64,000 nucleotides of DNA from positions 108,752 to 172,751 of IMG/VR virus record IMGVR_UViG_3300032053_000002. One strand, given 5' to 3'. The notes below the pieces were generated by a model that saw nothing but the letters and a program-made list of their open reading frames with translations, did no database searches and was not told the origin of the DNA. The DNA is from a virus. Positions 16,422 to 24,957 of this stretch are shown in pieces. Every line of letters starts with the position of its first letter. Position 1 is the stretch's first letter. Position numbers and translations under genes: made by a program.

Positions 16422-18674
16422 TTAATTCCTTTTAATCGTCGAGAACAAAGAATTCAACTCTTTAGCAAGCGGAACCAGTTGATCAACCCTGATGAAGCGA
16501 CTATCCTTACCGTACATTTCGCGGAAAGTTACAGCGGAACTAGACGTGGTATCTACGCGATCACTTACGAAAAAGGACATAACCCGAATACCGTTTGCTC
16601 TCATTTTATCTACGGCTTCTTTTGTCAGAGTTTCAATATCCTTAATCCCATTATAGCTGTTAGGTTCACCGTCGCTGATGTTGATGAAGTACGATACTTT
16701 TCCGACACTACTATTAAGTATTTCTTTCATCGTCGCCTCGAAACACAATCCTTCGGGAGTACCACCAGTGGAACACATCATAGAGAAGTATTTACGAAAC
16801 TTACCGAAACTGTCTTTGCGACTATCATACGCAAGCAGAACCGTCGGCGCTTGCATACCATTAGTAACGTAGTAATCCCACCGAAGAGAAATCATAACTT
16901 TTAAGTTATTCACCTGAGTAGCAGCGTAGGCTAAAGCCGACACCATAGTCATCGTCCTATTCCACTTATCACCCCCCATAGACGATGACGCGTCAATACT
17001 AATATGTAGCATCGCTTCACCGAAAGTGTCCTTAGTAACCTGTGAAAAGACAGATTCCAAATCATATCCCAGTCCGTGAAGTAACCGTTTTTCCAGATGG
17101 CCGGTTTGTTTACGAATAAGTTTAGTAACCTTTGTCTCGTTACGAATCTGTAAGCGATTCGCCAACATCTTGCCTAACCGAATTCCGAGATTGACATACG
17201 TTTCAGACGGCTTACGATTGGAGTTATGAAATAAACTATCGCGCATCAAATGCATCGACTCGTCGTTCAGTTCGCGAATGACAACTACTTGTACACCTTC
17301 TTTACTTTCACCATGACTGTCAGATTCAGTACCGGTAGCGCCATCACCAACTTTAGTTTTTTTCCCACCAACGTTCTCAACCGTCGTACCGGACGCATCC
17401 ATTGCGTTAATTATTTCGTGCTCGTCTTTAGTGATAGCACCTTTCTTTACTTTTCCATTTACCAGTTCTTTTATTTCTTCAATAGCCTTTTTCAACTGTT
17501 TTTTCTGTTCTTTTGTCAGTTCATCTCCAGATTGTGGCGTTCCGTCTCCGACATTAACCATATCACCGTCTTGCAACTTATCTATTGGGTTATCGTGTTT
17601 CGAATCACCGTCATCTTTTTTATCACCGTCTTTGCTGTCGCCAGAGTCTTTGTCTTTTTTATCACTACCGTCAGAGTCTTTATCTTTTTTATCACTGTCG
17701 CCAGAACCGCCACCACTATCACCAGATTCTTCTCCACCATCACCGCTATCGCCAGATTCTTTTTCATCACCACTATCTTTTGTCTGCGACTCATCACCGG
17801 TTTCCGTAGGTTTATTTAACGGATGGTCAACCGGAAGCGGGTCAATGTTTTCTAACACAACCGTAAAAATCTTTTCGGCGACTATACGAGAATCGGACGT
17901 ACTTTCCAGGCGGTCGATATTGTCAATATCAAATATGTTACTGATTTTATCTAAACCAGGAAGTGCATTCAGGTCAATGTTACTTTTATCAGACGCCAGA
18001 CCGTAGAAGCGAAAATGATAACTTTCAAGATTTCTCTCGCGATAGTAACTTGATTTCAATCCAAGAGCAACTATTTTCGCGTTCCAATATCTATTATACA
18101 ACGATGTATAATATGGTCTATAACCGATAACTTTGTCCATCATAATACGGTCAATGCGACGATCTTCAATAAAGTTCCAGTAGTCAAAGAACAACTTTTC
18201 CAACTCTTCTTTATTGGTTATGTTTTTTGTAGCGGCTAAAGCCGTGATTGATGGGGTTACATTTATAGTTCCAGTTTTAAGAAACTCACTGTACAATATG
18301 TGACTGGACTCGTGGAGTGCTAACCCGACAACCGTATCAAAATCTTTGTTAGTAACGTTAGCACTAATAAAGACATTTTTACTGTCGGTCATACTATGAT
18401 CTTGAACGTTAAACAATACTTTGATTTTTTTGTCGCGAGTCGCGATGTGGACAAACCTGGCGACCGCTCTGCGAATAGACGACATTTCGATAAGCGATTT
18501 CTTATCTTTTTCTTCTGGGATAGCACGTAGCCAGTAACGAGAATACAGATTGGCGGTAGAGTAATCTTCATCTTCCCGAAAACCAAATCGCGTCTTGAAG
18601 AAATCTTTCGCCATTTCCTTATCGTATGCTTCGTCGGCTTTATTTTTGCCACCGAATAAGTTTTTTATACTCAA
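16422..18674 (-). CDS. CobT-like von Willebrand factor A (vWA) domain protein with long acidic low-complexity linker; TTG start
   Basis: 750 aa; C-terminal vWA/MIDAS-type domain (HISIDASSSMGG...), central D/S/G/K/E-rich repeat (DSGDS..., KKDKDSDGSDKKDKDSGDSKDGDKKDDGDSKHD); AAGGAA RBS before TTG; adjacent to a MoxR/CobS-like ATPase as in many large phages. Confidence 0.7.
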   Translation of the reverse strand: MSIKNLFGGKNKADEAYDKEMAKDFFKTRFGFREDEDYSTANLYSRYWLRAIPEEKDKKSLIEMSSIRRAVARFVHIATRDKKIKVLFNVQDHSMTDSKNVFISANVTNKDFDTVVGLALHESSHILYSEFLKTGTINVTPSITALAATKNITNKEELEKLFFDYWNFIEDRRIDRIMMDKVIGYRPYYTSLYNRYWNAKIVALGLKSSYYRERNLESYHFRFYGLASDKSNIDLNALPGLDKISNIFDIDNIDRLESTSDSRIVAEKIFTVVLENIDPLPVDHPLNKPTETGDESQTKDSGDEKESGDSGDGGEESGDSGGGSGDSDKKDKDSDGSDKKDKDSGDSKDGDKKDDGDSKHDNPIDKLQDGDMVNVGDGTPQSGDELTKEQKKQLKKAIEEIKELVNGKVKKGAITKDEHEIINAMDASGTTVENVGGKKTKVGDGATGTESDSHGESKEGVQVVVIRELNDESMHLMRDSLFHNSNRKPSETYVNLGIRLGKMLANRLQIRNETKVTKLIRKQTGHLEKRLLHGLGYDLESVFSQVTKDTFGEAMLHISIDASSSMGGDKWNRTMTMVSALAYAATQVNNLKVMISLRWDYYVTNGMQAPTVLLAYDSRKDSFGKFRKYFSMMCSTGGTPEGLCFEATMKEILNSSVGKVSYFINISDGEPNSYNGIKDIETLTKEAVDKMRANGIRVMSFFVSDRVDTTSSSAVTFREMYGKDSRFIRVDQLVPLAKELNSLFSTIKRN

Positions 18675-18704
18675 TCTATCTTTCCTTCTTTAATTGTATA
18701 CCTA

Positions 18705-18776
18705 AATATACCACCCCCCGGCGTATCAGTCAACTGTTATTTTAACTATTTTTTTAACCATATGAATTATTTCACA
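18705..18776 (-). promoter_or_regulatory. sigma70-like promoter TTGACT-N17-TATATT with UP-like AT block and upstream near-palindrome TATGAATTATTTCACA
   Basis: Reverse complement TTGACT gatacgccggggggtgg TATATT. Confidence 0.6.
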
Positions 18777-18852
18777 TGACCGTTCCTGGAAAAAAAGAAA
18801 TACCCCCTGCACATAATGTATAGGGGGTATTTCGCCTTCTTAGGGAAGGATT

Positions 18853-20160
18853 TTACATTAAGTCATCTTGATGAAACAGGTCGCCAGATCCAGCCACGAC
18901 CGGTTCAACTTCTTCTTTTTCCTTTTTCTCTTTTTTCGGCTCTTTGACTACATCTTTTTCGAACAGCGGCTCGGCGTCGAGGTTACTATATTGCTGAATG
19001 AACTGCAACAGATGTGTTCTTTCGGAATCGGCACCACCTTCACCGGAAAACATATTCACCACACTGGCTTCCATCACTTCACTGAAAGTAAACCCATCGT
19101 TCAACATGCTAACCTGCGCGACAGTGGAGCGGATAGAAATCATGGTAGTCAGGGTTGGCGCTTCACTGGTAGCCTCTTTACGAGTATACCCGGCAACAGC
19201 AACAATACCCTTAATAAGTTTCTGGTTAATTTCAGGATATAAAAGTTTTAACAACTTGAATTCTTCGGCTTCAGTAGGAATATCCATTTCAATCATGACC
19301 GGAAAACGGTCTTTCGTAGCACGATCAATGATACGAGTAGCGGTGTATTCACCACCGACGTTAGCGGTCGTAAAGAACGTTACTCCAGGAGCGACATTGA
19401 TTACAGGTGTTTTCGGGTCTTCATCCAACCGCACATAACGCTGATCCGGATCGAGAATCGTCATAAGGATATTTTCAGCATCAGGATTGGCACGAGTTAT
19501 TTCGTCCAAGAGAATTACAGCACCCGGTGTCGTAATGGCTTTGATAAACTCAGACTTGACGAAGTAAGTACCGGTTTCCTTATTGAAGTGTGTGTTACCG
19601 ATTAAAGTAGCACGAGCGTCCTGTGTAGCCCCAAGATTAAACTTGAAGAACGGGCGACCCAGAACTTTACCGATAGTGCGACCGGTAAGTGTTTTACCGA
19701 ATCCACTATAACCCGTAAAGATGATATTCTGGCCACGAAGAGCAGAGTGCACCGCATACTTCCATTTCAGTTCAGCCAATATGAGGGTCTTCGGTTTCAG
19801 TGAGATTGCGTTCTTGATAGCAGTACGTACATCTTCATCAGATGGGGTTACGTATCCTGTATATTCAGATGGAGTAGTCGCCTCGACTGTGGGGTTGGCG
19901 ACAACCGAAGTAGGCATAAGTGTAGAACCGTTACTATATTCATAGTCAACGGGAACTTCATCGGCTTTCAAACGACGCCAGAAAACATTACCGGCCTTCG
20001 ATACCACTTTTCCTAAGTAGATACCGTGGTCAGCCGCATGGCGACGAGCGCCGTAAGGTATTGGTTCGCTATACATCTTCTCCGTCTTGATTTCAATCGG
20101 GTTCAGATGAGAACCATCGCGAACGACTTTAACGATTACTAAAAATTTTGGTGATTTCAT
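18853..20160 (-). CDS. CobS-like / MoxR-family AAA+ ATPase
   Basis: 435 aa; Walker A GYSGFGKT, Walker B ILLDEITRANPDAENILMTILD, sensor motifs; partner of the vWA protein. Confidence 0.75.
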   Translation of the reverse strand: MKSPKFLVIVKVVRDGSHLNPIEIKTEKMYSEPIPYGARRHAADHGIYLGKVVSKAGNVFWRRLKADEVPVDYEYSNGSTLMPTSVVANPTVEATTPSEYTGYVTPSDEDVRTAIKNAISLKPKTLILAELKWKYAVHSALRGQNIIFTGYSGFGKTLTGRTIGKVLGRPFFKFNLGATQDARATLIGNTHFNKETGTYFVKSEFIKAITTPGAVILLDEITRANPDAENILMTILDPDQRYVRLDEDPKTPVINVAPGVTFFTTANVGGEYTATRIIDRATKDRFPVMIEMDIPTEAEEFKLLKLLYPEINQKLIKGIVAVAGYTRKEATSEAPTLTTMISIRSTVAQVSMLNDGFTFSEVMEASVVNMFSGEGGADSERTHLLQFIQQYSNLDAEPLFEKDVVKEPKKEKKEKEEVEPVVAGSGDLFHQDDLM

Positions 20161-20193
20161 GTAACTTTATTCCTTCCCTAAATTGTATACTTA

Positions 20194-20265
20194 AATATAC
20201 CAAATCCCGGCTTACTAGTCAACTGCTATTTTAACTATTTTTTCAGCCTTGTGAATTATTTCACT
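20194..20265 (-). promoter_or_regulatory. sigma70-like promoter TTGACT-N17-TATATT plus upstream TGTGA-N6-TCAC half-palindrome
   Basis: Reverse complement TTGACT agtaagccgggatttgg TATATT ... GGAAGGA SD ... ATG. Confidence 0.6.
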
Positions 20266-20545
20266 TGACCTTTTTCTTAGCGAATTCTGAAAACGTATCA
20301 CTCTTTCGAGCGACAGTCGCTACTTTCATTAACCGCTTACCGAACACCCGATCACAATCTTTGTCAGCAAGAGTTTTCTCTATTCTTTGCTGAACTTTCG
20401 CCACAAGCGCCGGGTGGATGTTAAAAGACGTAACCTTATATCCCCATTCCCGAACTTCAAACTTGAATATGCCCACCTTTTTAGGCATTCGTTTCAGTAT
20501 CGTTAAAGTCAGACGATTATCCTGTTCCTTAAATATCGCTTTCAT
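20261..20545 (-). CDS. hypothetical basic protein, 94 aa
   Basis: ORF track. Confidence 0.45.
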   Translation of the reverse strand: MKAIFKEQDNRLTLTILKRMPKKVGIFKFEVREWGYKVTSFNIHPALVAKVQQRIEKTLADKDCDRVFGKRLMKVATVARKSDTFSEFAKKKVK

Positions 20546-20752
20546 TTATAGCGCTCCCATTCTTTTTAATTTGTTAATTGCGGTATGCAGTTCGTGGCAA
20601 AGATATTTATGCGCAACAAACTTTTCAACATCCTCTTCTTTTCGAGCACGGTGAACTATCGTATAGCGTTTGGATTCCTTAACCCACCCAAATACCAGCC
20701 ATTCGCGATGCCCCCTCAATGTCTTAAATAATCTTGGTCTTCCCGATTTCAT
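20546..20752 (-). CDS. hypothetical protein, 68 aa
   Basis: ORF track. Confidence 0.4.
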   Translation of the reverse strand: MKSGRPRLFKTLRGHREWLVFGWVKESKRYTIVHRARKEEDVEKFVAHKYLCHELHTAINKLKRMGAL

Positions 20753-21201
20753 TATACTTGTTCCTTGTTATATTTCATGTATATTTTATTTAATTTTGTC
20801 GCCACCTTTTCACCTATCGGAATCTTCTCATCGGATGAAATGGCTCTTAATACGGTTAGTATCAACATGCACGACTCTACCTCGTCACGATCTTCCCCCA
20901 CAGCAATTAACTGTAATTTTTTCAGCTTCTCATATAGTATCGTAAAATCTTTTAATTCCACGACTTTCGCTTTGTAAATGTATAAAATTTCGCCTCTTTT
21001 GTATTTATCTACTTTCGGCGTATTATTAGGATCAGAATGTCGTATATCAAATACCATACTAAAAGTACCGCTGGCATTCCCATACAAATCGACTGTGCCC
21101 GACCAGGGTTCGGCAGGTTCTATCAAAGAACCACCTAACCCCTGCTTCTCGTACCCGTCTTTTTTATCGAATTCTATTATCTTGTATACCATATCAATCA
21201 T
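20752..21201 (-). CDS. paralog-family-related protein (C-terminal LNKIYMKYNKEQV)
   Basis: 149 aa; has the C-terminal motif but lacks the FYIW core. Confidence 0.5.
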   Translation of the reverse strand: MIDMVYKIIEFDKKDGYEKQGLGGSLIEPAEPWSGTVDLYGNASGTFSMVFDIRHSDPNNTPKVDKYKRGEILYIYKAKVVELKDFTILYEKLKKLQLIAVGEDRDEVESCMLILTVLRAISSDEKIPIGEKVATKLNKIYMKYNKEQV

Positions 21202-21451
21202 TTATCAGTAAAAGTTTCATCCCATCGATGGAAACATATCTCCAGCCATGCGTTTCTCCTTCACCATCTTTGTCGGCTCCAGAAAATATAAAGGTTCGTT
21301 TTTCTCCAGTACTCTCGTTCAACACAGTAACACAATTGTATAAGTGATGGTTTTTCACACGACCACTCAAATCACTCCATTCCCATGCCAGTGTCCGGGT
21401 TTTCTTATCCCACCCATTTTTCATCAGTTGGTTATTTACAGTGATTATCAT
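21194..21451 (-). CDS. hypothetical protein, 85 aa
   Basis: ORF track. Confidence 0.45.
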   Translation of the reverse strand: MIITVNNQLMKNGWDKKTRTLAWEWSDLSGRVKNHHLYNCVTVLNESTGEKRTFIFSGADKDGEGETHGWRYVSIDGMKLLLIND

Positions 21452-21452
21452 A

Positions 21453-21623
21453 TTATTTGATCCTCTTTGATGTTAAAAAACTGTAGATGACGTACATAAC
21501 TGCGGCGAATGCGAACAGCATCGGTTCCGTTATCAGTAAGTAAGTCAGTATCGCGACAACAAATATCGTTTCAAATGTCGCCTTCAATATCATTTTTTTA
21601 TTCACTTTACTTTTCATATTCAT
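21453..21623 (-). CDS. small membrane protein, 56 aa (below track cutoff)
   Basis: ATG 21623, TAA 21453-21455; MNMKSKVNKKMILKATFETIFVVAILTYLLITEPMLFAFAAVMYVIYSFLTSKRIK; consensus promoter directly upstream. Confidence 0.35.
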   Translation of the reverse strand: MNMKSKVNKKMILKATFETIFVVAILTYLLITEPMLFAFAAVMYVIYSFLTSKRIK

Positions 21624-21652
21624 ATATTACATCTTTCCGAATTATCAGTCAA
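21624..21652 (-). promoter_or_regulatory. sigma70-like promoter TTGACT-N17-TAATAT
   Basis: Reverse complement TTGACT gataattcggaaagatg TAATAT. Confidence 0.5.
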
Positions 21653-21718
21653 ATTATATTTTAACTATTTTTATTCTTTGTGAAAAATTTCACTTTATTT
21701 GTGTCCTATTTTTTAATT

Positions 21719-22087
21719 TTAATGCCAGTTAGTCTGATATACGGAACTTCCACTCCATACGTACGCGCGTTCAAAAGAAGAGATCGATATAAACTCGCGA
21801 CCATCTTTGGTAAGTTTTACCTTTTTCATTTTATTTTCCATACGAGCATAGTCATTACCGGCATTTAGGTCAGGTATAACGTAGTCGCTTAAACCGGTTT
21901 CCCTCTTCACGATCTTCTGCCCCACTCCGACAACCTTCACAGACTTAGCGGTCACGGCAACCACTTTATAAAAGTTTACGTTGGTCTGTTCATAACCCCA
22001 GCAACTTACGAGAATGTCATTTACTTTCATTATTATTTCCCTTTTAGTTTTAGTGTCAACATAAATGGATACAACCGCGTCAACCAC
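21719..22087 (-). CDS. hypothetical protein, 122 aa
   Basis: ORF track. Confidence 0.5.
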   Translation of the reverse strand: MVDAVVSIYVDTKTKREIIMKVNDILVSCWGYEQTNVNFYKVVAVTAKSVKVVGVGQKIVKRETGLSDYVIPDLNAGNDYARMENKMKKVKLTKDGREFISISSFERAYVWSGSSVYQTNWH

Positions 22088-22230
22088 TTTTCTACTTCTT
22101 CCAAAAGTGTTTCGTCAGAAACCGTTGATTTTGTCCGTGGTCTTAGCCAAGCTGCGAGTTCTTTTTTTATTTCGTCGAATGGACGAGTAGTGTCAATCGT
22201 AAACGGTGCGTCATTTTTTGATTTACTCAT
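22033..22230 (-). CDS. hypothetical protein, 65 aa
   Basis: ORF track. Confidence 0.35.
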   Translation of the reverse strand: MSKSKNDAPFTIDTTRPFDEIKKELAAWLRPRTKSTVSDETLLEEVEKWLTRLYPFMLTLKLKGK

Positions 22231-22325
22231 TTTATTTATGTCCTATTTTTTTACTTACCAGTGAATGTATCGTATAGCACATCGCCAGATTCGCGGCGAC
22301 AACTACTAAAACAACGACTACCATT

Positions 22326-22691
22326 TTAATTAGTCCTCGACTTGGATGCACGTAACCAGTCAGTATTGACTACTACCGGAACGACATCAGTGATCTTACC
22401 ATTAGCAACTTTCGCTAACTGACCAATATATTTTTTGATTCTACGTTTGATGATGGCGAACTGCTTGTCAGTGATAAACCCAAACCGTGAATAGAAGTTA
22501 CCGATGCTGGTAAATATCTCACCATCGACACCAGTGAACCCCACTCCATTATCTTCGGTCGTACCAACGAATGATTTTTCGCCACGAGTCTGAAGAGAAT
22601 AGATTCTCAGGAAACCCTTGAATATGGCGTAGTCATTGTCTATCAGCATATTCGCTATATCTTCTTTATTATACTTTGGTTTTGTTTTCAT
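22326..22691 (-). CDS. hypothetical protein, 121 aa
   Basis: ORF track; consensus promoter at 22700-22728. Confidence 0.5.
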   Translation of the reverse strand: MKTKPKYNKEDIANMLIDNDYAIFKGFLRIYSLQTRGEKSFVGTTEDNGVGFTGVDGEIFTSIGNFYSRFGFITDKQFAIIKRRIKKYIGQLAKVANGKITDVVPVVVNTDWLRASKSRTN

Positions 22692-22699
22692 AATAGTAT

Positions 22700-22728
22700 A
22701 ATATACAATTCCTCAGTATAACAGTCAA
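22700..22728 (-). promoter_or_regulatory. sigma70-like promoter TTGACT-N17-TATATT
   Basis: Reverse complement TTGACT gttatactgaggaattg TATATT. Confidence 0.55.
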
Positions 22729-22754
22729 ATTATTTTTTAACTATTCTTACAGAG

Positions 22755-22883
22755 TGTGAAATTATTCACAAGATCGTCGCCGTGACTGGCGACTTGCCAT
22801 CCCGAGCCTTGTGAAGTTTTTCACAAAGTAGCGGCTCAGCTTGACGCGAGCAAGCGGCCGGCCGCGTTGTGAAATTTTTCACA
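22755..22883. promoter_or_regulatory. cluster of three perfect CRP-like palindromes TGTGA-N6-TCACA (22755-22770, 22810-22825, 22868-22883) with GC-rich hairpins between them
   Basis: TGTGAAATTATTCACA, TGTGAAGTTTTTCACA, TGTGAAATTTTTCACA; also GTCGCC-gtgactg-GGCGAC hairpin and 12-bp palindrome GCGGCCGGCCGC. Confidence 0.6.
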
Positions 22884-22899
22884 AGCGACTGTAATAAAA

Positions 22900-23255
22900 A
22901 AGTCCTACGTCCGTGACTTCCATGTAGCCTCGGGTTGCGATCCCGTTCGTCATGGCCTCGTCACGTAATTCGTAGGACTTTTCTCACCTAAGTCGTTTCC
23001 GACTGTCCACATTACCTGCTAGCCGGCGGGATAGTTGGATGGGCGACGACTCCCATCATCTCATACCGACACATACGGCCGGTGCGCCTTTCTTCCTTAG
23101 ACCACAACTATTTTCGGTGATTCTCGCGATTTCTGCCGAATTCGCGATACTTTTATTCATTTCTCAAAGAACAAAAGAGTGCCCCGTAGGACACCCCCGA
23201 ACGTTCTCCCGGGGAGTGTCCTCCACGCGGGTATACGTTCCATATTTGATATACT
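22900..23255 (-). ncRNA. candidate ~350-nt structured non-coding RNA (GC-rich, ORF-free, own promoter and terminator-like 3' stem)
   Basis: Consensus promoter at 23256-23284 fires into this segment; no credible ORF on either strand; 3' end forms long stem GTCCTACG...CGTAGGAC followed by a U-run (plus-strand aaaaaaGTCCTACG at ~22905); GC content far above surrounding DNA. Confidence 0.4.
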
Positions 23256-23284
23256 AATATACAACTTCTTGGCGAGAAAGTCAA
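23256..23284 (-). promoter_or_regulatory. sigma70-like promoter TTGACT-N17-TATATT
   Basis: Reverse complement TTGACT ttctcgccaagaagttg TATATT. Confidence 0.55.
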
Positions 23285-23292
23285 CTGTTATT

Positions 23293-23472
23293 TTAACTAA
23301 ATGGGGAATCTCGATCTTCTAACTCGTCGAGCGTACGCTTGAAATCTTCGAGCGTCTCAATATATTTCAACTTCAGCTGCTTGTTTTCTTTAAGCAATCG
23401 CTCCACTTCCTTCTTCAACTCGGAGATGGTTTTCAGCATCTCGATCTTATTCTTTAGTTCAGCGGTAGTCAT
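23293..23472 (-). CDS. small coiled-coil protein, 59 aa (below track cutoff)
   Basis: ATG 23472, TAA 23293-23295; MTTAELKNKIEMLKTISELKKEVERLLKENKQLKLKYIETLEDFKRTLDELEDRDSPFS. Confidence 0.35.
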   Translation of the reverse strand: MTTAELKNKIEMLKTISELKKEVERLLKENKQLKLKYIETLEDFKRTLDELEDRDSPFS

Positions 23473-23498
23473 ATCTTATCCTTATTTTTAAGTCTTAG

Positions 23499-23723
23499 TT
23501 ATAGAACAAAAAAAACCGCTCGGTTCTTTCCAACCTTTTCATACGTCAACACCCTTGAAGGGCGGAAATCGCTCAAATAACCGGCGAGTTCATCCAAAGA
23601 ATCGAAATACTTCGGCGAAAAAAACTTATCAGGATCGGGGTCTTTTTCCAATACCCATCGCTTGTTGAGCATTTTGCGCCGATTTTTGACCTTGTTGGCG
23701 AAATAATGGTCGGTGGTTTTCAT
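23499..23723 (-). CDS. hypothetical protein, 74 aa
   Basis: ORF track. Confidence 0.45.
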   Translation of the reverse strand: MKTTDHYFANKVKNRRKMLNKRWVLEKDPDPDKFFSPKYFDSLDELAGYLSDFRPSRVLTYEKVGKNRAVFFVL

Positions 23724-23753
23724 ATATTGTTTCCTTTTTTTATATTTTAATCT

Positions 23754-23829
23754 TGGGGTGCACGGTGAGATTCGAACTCACGCTCCGCGGGTCACAGCCG
23801 CGTAATGCTACCGCTACATCACGCGCACC
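23754..23829 (-). tRNA. tRNA-His (anticodon GTG) with G-1:C73 and encoded CCA
   Basis: Reverse complement G-GTGCGCG..anticodon stem CGCGG/CCGCG loop CTGTGAC..T-arm GTGAG TTCGAAT CTCAC..CGTGCAC-C-CCA. Confidence 0.85.
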
Positions 23830-23836
23830 ATATATT

Positions 23837-24058
23837 TTATCCTGAGAAAGCTTTTTCCAATGTTATTCGTTGCAACACTTCCCAGTATAACTTCGGCATT
23901 GCCTTCTTATCGATCATTTCCGATATATTCCGAGCCGATCCGAATTCGTCTTCAAAAGCCTGTTCGGACTTCTCAATGTACTTTTTTACTTCTTTTAAAA
24001 ACGTCATGTTACTCTTCACGGCGAAACTCTCCTTAATTTTTATACTATAATATAACAC
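23837..24058 (-). CDS. hypothetical protein, 73 aa
   Basis: ORF track; consensus-type promoter at ~24049-24078 (spacer 18). Confidence 0.45.
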   Translation of the reverse strand: MLYYSIKIKESFAVKSNMTFLKEVKKYIEKSEQAFEDEFGSARNISEMIDKKAMPKLYWEVLQRITLEKAFSG

Positions 24059-24086
24059 CTATCAGCTTACCAGTCAACTGCTATTT

Positions 24087-24524
24087 TTACTTATTTTTTG
24101 CGTATGCATTTAGTGCCCATCTCCACATTTCGTTTAAAAACCCAACGTCTTTTATACTGAGTTTGCGGGTTTTTAAAAATTCTTTATAAAATAACGTTAT
24201 TTCCGTTGCTGATTCGGTACACCCGACATTCTTTAAACTACTAATTAAAAGCTCAATTTTTTCGCTGATTCTTTTTATTTTCTCTTCGGGCGACTCTACT
24301 CTTTCTAGTACGAAAAATGGAAAATTATATCCGCTATCAAGATGAATTCCTTTACTTCCGCTACAAATAAACGTTATGTCGCCCTCTTCACCGACATATT
24401 TGTCCATCATAGAAGTCCAAGTATTATCCCATCCATTTTCATGATTATGAGCAATCATTACAACTTTTACTCTGTCGCCAACTTTGAATCCGGCAGCTTT
24501 TTGTTTGATTTCGTATTCACTCAT
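24087..24524 (-). CDS. hypothetical protein, 145 aa; paralog of 24521..24955
   Basis: Shares KVGDRVKVV...W.NTW N-terminal block and C-terminal FLNEMW motif with neighbour. Confidence 0.55.
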   Translation of the reverse strand: MSEYEIKQKAAGFKVGDRVKVVMIAHNHENGWDNTWTSMMDKYVGEEGDITFICSGSKGIHLDSGYNFPFFVLERVESPEEKIKRISEKIELLISSLKNVGCTESATEITLFYKEFLKTRKLSIKDVGFLNEMWRWALNAYAKNK

Positions 24525-24955
24525 TTTTTAATATACGCTTTCCATATTGCATTTAAATACTCAACATCGTCTATACTGAATTTATGACTTTTTTTAAATC
24601 GCGCGTACATTTTATACACTTCGTTAGCAACACGTTTGCATCCGTTATTCTGTAAACCACTAATTAAACGCTCAAACTTTTCACTTACTCTCTTTATTTT
24701 CTCATCGGACGACTTCACTTTTTTCAGTACGGAAGGTGGGAATCTGTATGTCGGGCCTTTACGGGGAATACTTTCTAAACGAATTCCTGCGGTCTTATGA
24801 ATATCGGATATAACCATTATTTTGCCAACACTTTTATTCATCTCAAGTACCCATGTATTCCGCCACTCACTCGTGTAGCTCTCAGCAATACCGGTAACTT
24901 TTACTTTGTCGCCGATTTTGAACTGGGTGGGGGTTCTCTTTTTTCCTGGCGACAT
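24521..24955 (-). CDS. hypothetical protein, 144 aa; paralog of 24087..24524
   Basis: KIGDKVKVTGIAESYTSEWRNTW; C-terminal YLNAIWKAYIKK. Confidence 0.55.
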   Translation of the reverse strand: MSPGKKRTPTQFKIGDKVKVTGIAESYTSEWRNTWVLEMNKSVGKIMVISDIHKTAGIRLESIPRKGPTYRFPPSVLKKVKSSDEKIKRVSEKFERLISGLQNNGCKRVANEVYKMYARFKKSHKFSIDDVEYLNAIWKAYIKK

Positions 24956-24957
24956 CT

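Noticed and set aside
16479-18006. Plus- and minus-strand ORFs (16479..16904, 17250..17819, 17431..18006, 17582..17809) overlapping the CobT-like gene
   Set aside because: They are embedded in, or antisense to, the 750-aa vWA gene. They are driven by its low-complexity acidic repeat.
18868-19945. Plus-strand ORFs 18868..19242, 18998..19438 and 19721..19945 opposite the AAA+ ATPase gene
   Set aside because: Antisense shadow ORFs; the ATPase gene has clear Walker motifs on the minus strand.
22900-23255. RNase P RNA or tmRNA identity for the GC-rich ncRNA candidate
   Set aside because: Only a short GACUGUCCAC-like match to RNase P CR-V and no tRNA-like 3' CCA domain. This is insufficient by eye, so the class is left unassigned.
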